From assembly GCA_963668675.2 (NCBI GenBank), contig CAXXMB010000002.1, positions 1,280,001 to 1,344,000 of the forward strand: DNA of 64,000 nucleotides. Reading direction: 5' to 3'. Every line of letters starts with the position of its first letter. Position 1 is the stretch's first letter. Both the position numbers and the translations under genes were made by a program. The notes beneath the pieces are model-generated. The model ran no database searches. It was not told the origin of the DNA and saw only the letters and a list, made by a program, of their open reading frames with translations. Below, in pieces: positions 19,489-28,304 of this stretch. Origin of the DNA: an uncultured Desulfatitalea sp. (GTDB lineage: Bacteria > Desulfobacterota > Desulfobacteria > Desulfobacterales > Desulfosarcinaceae).

Positions 19489-20889
19489 ATGAAGAATGGG
19501 GTAAAAATCCTGGCTGGCGGCACGATCCTGACGCTGGCCCTCGCTGTCCTGCTCATTGGCGCTGCAGTCGGCCAGCAGAAGAATATGCCCACCGAAAAGG
19601 CCTTTCGCATCGAACGCAGCATGCCGCCCGAAGCAATGGCCTGCCTCGAATGCCACAAAAGTGAACACCCGGGCCTTTTCGCAGACTGGACGCGCAGCCG
19701 ACACGCCAGCGCCAACATCACTTGCTACGACTGCCATGCGGCCGAAGCCCACGACAAGGATGTCAGCCAGGCCCATTACAAACAGTACGAACGATCTGAT
19801 CTGAAGTACGGCCGCAAAGAGTATAAGGTGCCGGTGGCGGCCGTGGTCACCCCCAAAGATTGCTCACGCTGCCATCCCGACGAAGCCCAGCAATACAGCT
19901 TTAGCAAGCATGCCAACACCATGGAGATTATTTGGAAAATCGACCCATGGCTCAACAAGGGCATGAACAGCGACTTTGAACGCGCTGCTGGCTGCTACCA
20001 TTGTCACGGCACCATCCTCAAGTCCGACGATGGCGTCCTCGACCCGGAGACCTGGCCCAACGTGGGGGTCGGGAGAATCAATCTGGACGGCAGCAAGGGC
20101 AGCTGCACCAGTTGCCATACGCGGCATCGCTTTTCGGTGATGGAGGCACGCAAACCCGAAGCGTGCGGCCAGTGCCACCTGGGGCCGGACCATCCCCAGA
20201 TCGAAATCTTTATGGAGTCCAAGCATGGCGACATCTACACCGCTTTCGGGGACGAGTACAACTGGAACGCGGCCCCCGGTACCTGGACACCGGGCGTGGA
20301 CTTCCGCGGTCCGACCTGCGCATCCTGCCATATGTCTGGCGCAGGAACGACGCTGACCAGCCACGATGTAACCGAACGCCTCTCATGGGAGCTGCAGGCA
20401 CCGAAAACCATGCGCCCGTCAGAGTTTCCGGCCTTCCCCGCCAAAACCGACTGGCAGGTGGAGCGCGACAAGATGAAAGCCGTCTGTATCCAGTGCCACG
20501 GCAAGACCTGGGTGGACGCTCACTATGTCAAGATGGACAAGGTGGTCGAGGAGTACAACGATGTCTATTTCACACCAGCCGACAAGATGCTGAAGGATCT
20601 CTACAGCAAAGGCCTGCTGGATAAAACCAAATTCTTCGACGAACGGCTCGAAGTGGAGTACTACGAACTGTGGCACCATGAAGGCCGCCGGGCGCGCATG
20701 GGAGCCGCCATGATGGCGCCGGACTACTCGTGGTGGCACGGTTTCTATGAGTGTAAAAAGCGCTACAACAACTACATGGAAGAGGCGCGGCATCTGATTG
20801 ATACGGGCAAAAAGGCCTATGTCGCCACCGATTACCCCAACGCCACCGGCAGCACCGAAAAGCCAAAAATACTCTTTCCCGACAAATAG
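19489..20889 (+). CDS. Octaheme cytochrome c, hydroxylamine oxidoreductase (HAO/epsilon-Hao) family
   Basis: Signal peptide; 8 CxxCH (CLECH, CYDCH, CSRCH, CYHCH, CTSCH, CGQCH, CASCH, CIQCH); family motifs CHTRHRFS, CHLGPDHPQ, ESKHG and PDYSWWHG. Confidence 0.9.
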   Translation: MKNGVKILAGGTILTLALAVLLIGAAVGQQKNMPTEKAFRIERSMPPEAMACLECHKSEHPGLFADWTRSRHASANITCYDCHAAEAHDKDVSQAHYKQYERSDLKYGRKEYKVPVAAVVTPKDCSRCHPDEAQQYSFSKHANTMEIIWKIDPWLNKGMNSDFERAAGCYHCHGTILKSDDGVLDPETWPNVGVGRINLDGSKGSCTSCHTRHRFSVMEARKPEACGQCHLGPDHPQIEIFMESKHGDIYTAFGDEYNWNAAPGTWTPGVDFRGPTCASCHMSGAGTTLTSHDVTERLSWELQAPKTMRPSEFPAFPAKTDWQVERDKMKAVCIQCHGKTWVDAHYVKMDKVVEEYNDVYFTPADKMLKDLYSKGLLDKTKFFDERLEVEYYELWHHEGRRARMGAAMMAPDYSWWHGFYECKKRYNNYMEEARHLIDTGKKAYVATDYPNATGSTEKPKILFPDK

Positions 20890-20913
20890 GCAATCCCCCT
20901 CCTTGTAAGAATA

Positions 20914-20947
20914 AGAGCCCCCCCGGACAATGGTCCGGGGGGGCTCT
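20914..20947 (+). terminator. Strong hairpin, probable terminator after the HAO-like gene
   Basis: Perfect 15-bp stem AGAGCCCCCCCGGAC/GTCCGGGGGGGCTCT with a 4-nt loop. Confidence 0.75.
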
Positions 20948-21068
20948 GCACTTGCCTTTTATCAATTCATACCAAGATTATAAAACGTTTGTCAGTGACA
21001 ACGCAGGTGCAATCAGTTCACCTTCAATCTTACCCTTTTGCCGCTCTATTCTTTACTGGAGGAATGCA

Positions 21069-21977
21069 ATGAATACCACCCAACATTTCGATGTCGTTAT
21101 ACTCGGTACCGGTCCGGCTGGCCTGCAGGCTGCCATTCATGCCTCGCGCAAAAAAGTTTCGGTGCTGGTACTGGGTAAAGATACCAAAAGCAGCCTCTTT
21201 CATGCCCATATCGAAAACTTCTGCTGTATCTTCAATGTTAAGGGGGAAGAGATCATCAATACCGGTCGCCAACAAGCCACCGAATTCGGAGCCCAATTCT
21301 ACGACGAAGATGTATTATCCATCGTCCAGCAGGCCCATGGATTCGAATTGGAGACTGAAAGCGGTTCTAAAATACTCACTCAATCCCTGATCATCGCCAC
21401 CGGCACCTATCGCAATCGCTTAGGCGTTAAGGGTGAAAAGGAATTGATCGGCAAAGGGGTCAGCTATTGTGTGGATTGCGACGGCAATTTTTACAAAGGA
21501 GAAGAGGTCGCGGTCGTGGGAAATGAAAGTGCGGCCGTGGACGGGGCATTGACCTTGACGGAAATCGCATCAAAAGTCCACCTGGTCTGTGACCAGCTTG
21601 AGGTATCGGACACCTTGAAAAAGAGATTGGAAAACAGCCCGGTTTCTATTCACCAGGGTGCAAAGGTGAAAGCGATACAGGGCGAACGGCAGGTCGACGG
21701 ACTACAGTTAAAAGACGGCAGCACCATACCCGTCAGCGGCGTTTTCATCGAACAGGGCGCCAAAGGCCTTCTGCAACTGGCGACCAGCTTAGGCATAATG
21801 CTCGACGATGAAATGCGCTACATTCAAACCGACAAGCAGCAGGCCACCAACATCGACGGCATCTATGCGGCCGGAGATGTGTGCGGTCCCCCATGGCAAA
21901 TGGCCAAGGCTGTTGGTGAGGGATGTGTGGCTGGTATCAATGCGGCAACATACGCGAAAAAGCAAAAAGCCGAATGA
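21069..21977 (+). CDS. Thioredoxin reductase-like FAD-dependent disulfide oxidoreductase
   Basis: GTGPAG FAD motif, IIATG, GVSYCVDCDG redox CxxC, GIYAAGD; ATG 21069 with GGAGG RBS. Confidence 0.88.
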   Translation: MNTTQHFDVVILGTGPAGLQAAIHASRKKVSVLVLGKDTKSSLFHAHIENFCCIFNVKGEEIINTGRQQATEFGAQFYDEDVLSIVQQAHGFELETESGSKILTQSLIIATGTYRNRLGVKGEKELIGKGVSYCVDCDGNFYKGEEVAVVGNESAAVDGALTLTEIASKVHLVCDQLEVSDTLKKRLENSPVSIHQGAKVKAIQGERQVDGLQLKDGSTIPVSGVFIEQGAKGLLQLATSLGIMLDDEMRYIQTDKQQATNIDGIYAAGDVCGPPWQMAKAVGEGCVAGINAATYAKKQKAE

Positions 21978-22132
21978 AGGAACAATATCGTCTATTTGCA
22001 AATAATTCGAAGTAGGCGTAAGGATGGGAGCGGATAGCCGCACGGGTGAACAGGTGGTCGATGAAAGAAGCATGCAAAAAAACTGCGCCCTGACCATAAA
22101 CAGAATTAAACGAATTCGATGTTAAATCAGGC

Positions 22133-23479
22133 ATGACGCAACGCATTGCCATCGTAGACGACGAAGCGGTTACGCTGAAACAGCTTCGCAGAATCCTTGA
22201 AAAAGAGGGATATCAGGTATCTGCTTTTTCGAATGCACGAAGGGTTCTCAAGAGCCTTGAGCAGACCGCCTGCGATCTGGTGATCAGCGATATCAAAATG
22301 CCGGGAATGAACGGCTTCGACCTGATGGTCAACGTCAAACAAAAATACCCCGACATAGAGTTCATTCTGATCACCGGTCAAGCAAGCATCGAAGATGCCG
22401 TCAAGGCGACCAAAGAGGGGGCATTCCACTACCTGGCCAAGCCGTTCACCCCAAATCAATTTCGCCAAAAGGTGGACCAGGCCCTTTGCCAGCGTCGAGC
22501 CGCCGCAGAAGCGCGCCAGACCGCCCAACAAAAACTAGCCTTATCTCCTCCAGTCATTATCGGGAAAAGCCCCAAAATCAAGCAGGTCCTGATCCAAGCG
22601 CACCAGATCGCTCCGGCGGACTGCAACGTGCTGATTACCGGGGCATCGGGTACCGGTAAAGAGCTCATCGCCCGCGCCATACATGGATTGAGTCCGCGGA
22701 ACGAAGGGCCGTTTGTGGCCTTCAACTGTGGTGCTTTAACCGAAAGCCTGATCGACAATGAGCTCTTCGGCCATGAAAAAGGGGCATATACCGGCGCAGA
22801 AGAGAAGAGCCCCGGATTGATTGAAATGGCTAACGGTGGGACCCTTTTTCTGGACGAAGTTGGCGAAATGCCCCATGCAATGCAGGTAAAGCTGCTGCGG
22901 GTGCTTCAGGAGAGGGAGCTGTTGCGGGTGGGCGGCCGGCGCCCCATTGCCCTGGATGTGCGGGTCATCTCAGCGACATCAAAAGATCTAAAGACCGCCG
23001 TGGCCGACGGGTCCATGCGCACGGATTTCTTTTTCAGAATCAATGTGTTCAGCATCGAATTACCGCCGTTGAGCGAACGACGGGAAGATATTCCCCTATT
23101 GGCGTATCATATTCTCAATACCTTGCAAGCCCACGGATCAATGGCCATATCCGCCATTTCCCAGAGTGCTCTGGAGCTGCTGACCAAATATGCGTATCCA
23201 GGTAATATCAGAGAGCTGGAAAATATTTTGGAACGAGCAGTTGCTATCTGCAACGGCCAGGTGATCCGTGTTTCCGATCTACCGGCCGATCTGAGTGAAT
23301 ATGATTTGATCACCTACCAGCGCCCTGAAGGGCAACTGATGACCCTTGAAGAGTTGGAACAAGACTATATTGCCCATGTGTTGAAGCTTACCGATGGCGT
23401 TCGCAACCGAACCGCCGAAATATTGGGCATCGATCGTGCGTCTCTCTGGCGAAAAATCAAAAAATACAGCTTGGAATAG
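22133..23479 (+). CDS. Sigma54-dependent response regulator (NtrC family)
   Basis: Receiver domain; GASGTGKE Walker A; GAYTGA (GAFTGA variant); LFLDEVGE; YPGNIREL; Fis-type HTH. Confidence 0.93.
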   Translation: MTQRIAIVDDEAVTLKQLRRILEKEGYQVSAFSNARRVLKSLEQTACDLVISDIKMPGMNGFDLMVNVKQKYPDIEFILITGQASIEDAVKATKEGAFHYLAKPFTPNQFRQKVDQALCQRRAAAEARQTAQQKLALSPPVIIGKSPKIKQVLIQAHQIAPADCNVLITGASGTGKELIARAIHGLSPRNEGPFVAFNCGALTESLIDNELFGHEKGAYTGAEEKSPGLIEMANGGTLFLDEVGEMPHAMQVKLLRVLQERELLRVGGRRPIALDVRVISATSKDLKTAVADGSMRTDFFFRINVFSIELPPLSERREDIPLLAYHILNTLQAHGSMAISAISQSALELLTKYAYPGNIRELENILERAVAICNGQVIRVSDLPADLSEYDLITYQRPEGQLMTLEELEQDYIAHVLKLTDGVRNRTAEILGIDRASLWRKIKKYSLE

Positions 23480-23482
23480 CGC

Positions 23483-23590
23483 GTTGAATTCTGCAACATT
23501 GCCGTTCGCTTTTGCGACATCGCAATCTTGCCGCATCGAATCAGCCCCCTCGCACAAGCGATCTCTCACGGCGTTACAAAATGCAACATT
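23483..23590. promoter_or_regulatory. Putative enhancer-binding-protein sites (UAS)
   Basis: Imperfect palindromes GTTGAATTCTGCAAC (23483-23497), GTTCGCTTTTGCGAC (23504-23518) and GTTACAAAATGCAAC (23573-23587), 80-180 bp upstream of a sigma54 promoter. Confidence 0.55.
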
Positions 23591-23663
23591 CCGATCCCCT
23601 CCTTATGCTGCCATAATTCCATTTTTTTCCTATAATACCTATAAGTTAAAAACATCGTAACAC

Positions 23664-23679
23664 TGGCAAGATTATTGCG
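23664..23679 (+). promoter_or_regulatory. sigma54 (-24/-12) promoter
   Basis: TGGCAAGATTATTGCG: GG-N10-GC spacing; preceded by an AT-rich tract; upstream of the USP gene. Confidence 0.75.
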
Positions 23680-23710
23680 GTGATAGCTCCTCTAAAACAC
23701 AGGGGAGCCC

Positions 23711-24133
23711 ATGTTTCGCGACATAATCATTGTATTCGATGACCTTAAGACATGCCCTGAGGCTTTGACCTATGGCCGTGAGTTCGCCTTGCGCATGGAT
23801 GCCAGGACAACGTTGCTGGTGCTCGTCCCCATGCGATTCGCCGGCAGGACACTCTTGGGATCACAGCGAACCGTCTTGAATCGCATCGAAAAACGCGCCG
23901 CCGAGTTGCTGTCGAATGCATCAGCACCCTTTCTTCAGCAAGGCCTCGAAATCAGCTCAGCGATCAGAGTCGGCGAACCGGGTCAGGAGCTTTTAAAATT
24001 TTTGGCAGACCGCCCGCCGGTTCAGGCTGTTATCTGGGGCAGCGGGACCGATCTACCGAGCAGAGGCCACTGGATGACAAGGGCGGCCGGCAACATGGAG
24101 TGCCCATTACTCACAGTGAGCAAAAAAATGTAG
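23711..24133 (+). CDS. Universal stress protein (USP) domain protein
   Basis: MFRDIIIVFD...RVGEPGQELL...VIWG...CPLLTV layout of the USP fold; 140 aa. Confidence 0.75.
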   Translation: MFRDIIIVFDDLKTCPEALTYGREFALRMDARTTLLVLVPMRFAGRTLLGSQRTVLNRIEKRAAELLSNASAPFLQQGLEISSAIRVGEPGQELLKFLADRPPVQAVIWGSGTDLPSRGHWMTRAAGNMECPLLTVSKKM

Positions 24134-24168
24134 GCATATTACTATCAACCTGAATTTGCGGAGTGACA

Positions 24169-25980
24169 ATGGATCCTTTGACAACAGATATGATTCTTGT
24201 AATGGGCATGATCGCGCTGGCCGTTTTTCTATTCGTCGTTGAGTGGGTAAGGGTGGATGTCGTTGCGATCTTAATGATGGTCAGCTTGCCTTTGTTGCAC
24301 CTGGTCACCCCCAAAGAGGCGTTCATCGGCATGAGCAGCAATGCGGTGATCTCAATCATCGCCGTGATCATCATCGGTGCCGGTCTCGACAGAACCGGCA
24401 TCATAAACAAATTGGTGTCGCCGGTCATGCGGATTGCAGGCAAAAGCACCTCGCGGATCATTGTCGCCATCTCTGTAACTGTCGCCTTTATTTCCAGCTT
24501 TATGCAAAACATCGGTGCAGCCGCCCTCTTTTTACCTGCGATACAACGGATCAGCAAAATGCAAAAGATTCCGTTGAGCCGACTTCTCATGCCGATCGGT
24601 TTCAGCGCCATCCTGGGCGGCACCATCACCCTCGTCGGTTGCAGCCCGCTCATTCTGCTCAACGACTTATTGGCACCGTTCGGCCTCGAGCCGTTCGGTC
24701 TTTTCGATGTCACCCCCATCGGTTTGGCCCTCGTTGCCAGCGGAATCGCCTGCTTCATTATCTTCGGCCGTTTCCTTTTACCCCAGGGGGATGGCGAAGA
24801 CGGCCTGCATGGCGAAACAAGCGATAGAGGCGAAGAGGATTTCAACGATCTGGGCGAGATGTATGAATTGACCCTGCCCGACGATTTCACCCACTATCGC
24901 GACCCGGTATTGGTCAGTAATTTGCGCAAACGCTATCTTTGTAATGTCATCGCCATGACCGAACCCCCTGATTTTAAAACCATATCACCGGCAGCTGATA
25001 TGGCCTTGCACTCGGGGATCGAAATTGTGGTTTTCGGCCGCAAGGCCGATGTGGATCGCATGGCGGCGGCCGAAGGCATGACCGTCAAAGACAGCCTGGA
25101 AACCTACCGCTTCGAATTGGATGCCAGCAAGTCCGGGACAGTGGACGCCGTGGTCTCGCCACGCTCGAACCTTGCGGGCAAGACCCTGCCGGAAATCAAC
25201 TTCCAGGACCGATATCGTATCAGCCCTTTGAGCATCTATCGTCAGGATGAAACCTACCGGGCCAAAATGGGAGATATCCGGCTCCAGGTCGGTGATGTCA
25301 TTCGTCTGTACGGAACCTGGAAACGGCTCAAGGTGCTGCAACAAGATGGTGGTTTATTGTTCAATATCCCGACTGAGATGGAGTACATGCGCCCGGAAAA
25401 GGCGATATGGGCCGGCATTTGGCTAGTCACCTCGCTCACCATGATCATGGGGTTTCACATCCAGCTCTCGGTATCGCTGATGACCGGTGCTCTGGGCATG
25501 GTGATCACACGGGTATTGACCGTCGATGAGGCCTATCAATCAGTGGACTGGCGCACCATTTTCCTGCTGGCCGGATTAATCCCGCTGGGCATCGCCACTC
25601 AAAAAACCGGCACGGCCGCATGGATCGCCCAAGGTGTGCTTCAACTCATCGGCGATGTATCACCGATCATATTGCTTTCCGTCATCGGCGTGTTGTCCAC
25701 ACTTTTTACATTGGTGATTTCAAATGTGGGCGCCACTGTGCTGTTGGTTCCGCTGGTTGTCAACATGGCCATTGCCGCCCACATAGACCCGCGCATGGCA
25801 GCATTGGTCGTCGGTCTGGCCACGAGCAACTCATTTGTACTGCCGACCCATCAAGTCAATGCGCTCTATATGGGGCCGGGCCGTTACCGCACCTTTGACT
25901 TCCTGAAGGCCGGCAGCTTGGTCAGCGTCGTATTTCTGGTGGTCATGATTGTAATGATCAGCCTTATCTACGGTATTTAA
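24169..25980 (+). CDS. SLC13/DASS-like (CitM) permease with TrkA-C (RCK_C) domains
   Basis: SSFMQNIGA, GGTITLVG, ISNVGA and PTHQVNAL motifs; central soluble RCK_C region. Confidence 0.88.
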   Translation: MDPLTTDMILVMGMIALAVFLFVVEWVRVDVVAILMMVSLPLLHLVTPKEAFIGMSSNAVISIIAVIIIGAGLDRTGIINKLVSPVMRIAGKSTSRIIVAISVTVAFISSFMQNIGAAALFLPAIQRISKMQKIPLSRLLMPIGFSAILGGTITLVGCSPLILLNDLLAPFGLEPFGLFDVTPIGLALVASGIACFIIFGRFLLPQGDGEDGLHGETSDRGEEDFNDLGEMYELTLPDDFTHYRDPVLVSNLRKRYLCNVIAMTEPPDFKTISPAADMALHSGIEIVVFGRKADVDRMAAAEGMTVKDSLETYRFELDASKSGTVDAVVSPRSNLAGKTLPEINFQDRYRISPLSIYRQDETYRAKMGDIRLQVGDVIRLYGTWKRLKVLQQDGGLLFNIPTEMEYMRPEKAIWAGIWLVTSLTMIMGFHIQLSVSLMTGALGMVITRVLTVDEAYQSVDWRTIFLLAGLIPLGIATQKTGTAAWIAQGVLQLIGDVSPIILLSVIGVLSTLFTLVISNVGATVLLVPLVVNMAIAAHIDPRMAALVVGLATSNSFVLPTHQVNALYMGPGRYRTFDFLKAGSLVSVVFLVVMIVMISLIYGI

Positions 25981-26014
25981 AGAAAAAAACAGATCGTCAG
26001 AAGGAGTAAATAGA

Positions 26015-26827
26015 ATGGCCATTATTACCATCTCAAGAGGTTCTTATTCAAAGGGCAAAGCGGTAGCTGAACAGGTCGCTGCAAAGCTGGCTTACAGCGT
26101 CATCAGTCGAGATCTGCTGCTCGACGCCAGTGAACGCTACCATATCCCCGAAATCAAATTGATCAGAGCGATTCATGATGCACCGGGCATCCTGGAACGC
26201 TTCAGCCACAGCAAACAGGCCTATCTTGCCTATATACGAGCGGCCCTGACCCGTCGAATATGCGAAGATAACGTCGTTTACCACGGCCTGGCGGGCCATA
26301 TCATGCTCAAAGGCATATCGGGGGTGCTGAAGGTGCGCATCATCGCGGATCTTGAAATGAGAGTCCAAAGCGAAATGAAGCGTAAAAACATAAGCGCCCA
26401 AGAGGCACGCACCCTGCTCATCAAAGACGACCAGCAGCGCCGCGGATGGACAAAGAGCATCCACGGCGTCGATCCCTGGGACAGTAATCTTTACGATCTT
26501 GTGATTCGGATCGATCAACTGTCGGTGGCAGATGCGGTTACCATCATCTGCCAAGCCACAGAGAGCGATGGCTTTCGAATCACCGAGGAGCGCCTGCGCA
26601 AAATCACTGACTTCACCCTGGCATGCCAGATAAAGGCGGAATTGGTCGAAGAGTTTCCCTCCGTTGGCGTAGCTTGCCAGTATGGCAATGTCGTTGTCTA
26701 TTCAACGGACCGCGAGCCGTCCGGAGGAAAATTGGACCAGCGGATCGATCGCATGCGAGAAGAGATTAGCGGCATCTTTAACATTGAAATACACCCGATG
26801 GATCGTCACCCTGAAGAGGCCGTCTAA
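26015..26827 (+). CDS. Cytidylate kinase-like family protein with C-terminal BON-like domain
   Basis: MAIITISRGSYSKG N-terminus, NVVYHGLAGH, LKVRIIAD and YDLVI motifs. Confidence 0.8.
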   Translation: MAIITISRGSYSKGKAVAEQVAAKLAYSVISRDLLLDASERYHIPEIKLIRAIHDAPGILERFSHSKQAYLAYIRAALTRRICEDNVVYHGLAGHIMLKGISGVLKVRIIADLEMRVQSEMKRKNISAQEARTLLIKDDQQRRGWTKSIHGVDPWDSNLYDLVIRIDQLSVADAVTIICQATESDGFRITEERLRKITDFTLACQIKAELVEEFPSVGVACQYGNVVVYSTDREPSGGKLDQRIDRMREEISGIFNIEIHPMDRHPEEAV

Positions 26828-26886
26828 AATAGTGATGAGCTGCGGCACCTCGAATTCATCGACGACACAACAACAAGGAGTCCATC

Positions 26887-27714
26887 ATGCCCACTATTAT
26901 CATCTCCTCAGAGCTGGCTGAACCGGAGAAGGAAATCATCTCTGGAACAGCCAAATCGTTAAACTATAAGATTCTGGGGCCGGATTTGTTAAACCACATC
27001 GCTTCTGATCACAACATCCCGTTCGAGCAATTGCGGGAAGCATTGGAGGCGACACCTGCCGTCTGGAGATGGAAACGTTCCAAACGATGGTCCTACCACC
27101 TTGCCTGCATTGAGTCCGAAGTCCTGGAGCGTCTCAAAGCAGACAATATCGTCTGTTGGGGTTTGGCGGCGCACCTCTATGTGGAAGGGGTTTCCCATGC
27201 GCTTAAAATTCGCCTGGTCTCGGATCGCACGCAACGCGTTGGGGCAATTGCCGAAGAAAAGAACATCTCACAGCAGCGTGCTGAAAAAATTCTGAACGAT
27301 GAAGAGCGACGAAGACAACAATGGTCTGTTGCGGCTTTTGGGCAGGACGAACTAAATCCATCACTGTATGACATGGTGCTCAAACTGGGCCAAATCGCCC
27401 CGGATGAAGCCGTTCAGGCAATTACTTCTGCAGCCGGATACCGGAAATTCAAACCGATGACCTACTCGATAAAAAATTTAAACGATATCGCCCTTGCCGC
27501 CAAAGTAAAAACCAAGCTATTGACCTCGCTGACAGATGTCAGCGTCGAGGCGATGGATGGCAAAGTTGTGGTCACCAGTAAAGCCTTGAAAAGGGAACGG
27601 CAGAAGAAAACGACGACGATCAAGGATATCGCCGGCGCTGTTGAGGGCGTAGAATACGTTGAGGTCCATTTGATCAACTATGTCATCAGAGAAGCTGCCG
27701 AGAGTTATCGCTAA
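26887..27714 (+). CDS. Second cytidylate kinase-like/BON protein with degenerate P-loop
   Basis: Paralogous to the upstream gene (NIVCWGLAAH, LKIRL, YDMVL); N-terminus is IISSELAEPE rather than a Gly-rich loop. Confidence 0.75.
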   Translation: MPTIIISSELAEPEKEIISGTAKSLNYKILGPDLLNHIASDHNIPFEQLREALEATPAVWRWKRSKRWSYHLACIESEVLERLKADNIVCWGLAAHLYVEGVSHALKIRLVSDRTQRVGAIAEEKNISQQRAEKILNDEERRRQQWSVAAFGQDELNPSLYDMVLKLGQIAPDEAVQAITSAAGYRKFKPMTYSIKNLNDIALAAKVKTKLLTSLTDVSVEAMDGKVVVTSKALKRERQKKTTTIKDIAGAVEGVEYVEVHLINYVIREAAESYR

Positions 27715-27789
27715 TCGGCCAAAACAATCCAGCGGCGGTTGTGGTTTGCCAGCTTGCCGCTCCTGCTTTAGCATGCTAAGGAGGTCTTT

Positions 27790-28191
27790 ATGTCTGAAAC
27801 GTTGCAAATTCTCTTATTGGATGATGAGCCCATTGTGGGCAAAAGGCTAAAACCGGCACTCACGAAAATCGGCTGCGAAGTGGAGGTCTTTCAGGATCCC
27901 ATTGCGGCGGTGGCGCGCATCGATCAAAAAGAGTTCGACATCGTCGTCACGGATATCCGCATGGACGAACTTGACGGCATGCAGGTATTGGAGCATGTCC
28001 ACAACAAATCCCCCCGAACCAAGGTGATCATGATCACTGGTTACGCCATGATTGCACTGGCCCGCGAGGCAATGGAAAGGGGAGCGTTTGACTTTATCGC
28101 CAAACCTTTCAAACCCGACGATCTGAGGAAAGTGATTGCCAAGGCTGCTCAGGCGCTGGGATCTCCTATCCATTTTCAATCGATGGGTTAG
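27790..28191 (+). CDS. Single-domain response regulator
   Basis: LLDDE, VTDIRM (phospho-Asp), ITG and KPF. Confidence 0.9.
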   Translation: MSETLQILLLDDEPIVGKRLKPALTKIGCEVEVFQDPIAAVARIDQKEFDIVVTDIRMDELDGMQVLEHVHNKSPRTKVIMITGYAMIALAREAMERGAFDFIAKPFKPDDLRKVIAKAAQALGSPIHFQSMG

Positions 28192-28304
28192 GGAAATAGG
28201 ATCTTCGTCTTCAACTTTTGTCCGAAGTAATGTTGGACGAACTGACCAAGTGTCATTGCCATCAATTTACGCAATATGGGTTAATTGCAGACAGGGGCGC
28301 CTGA

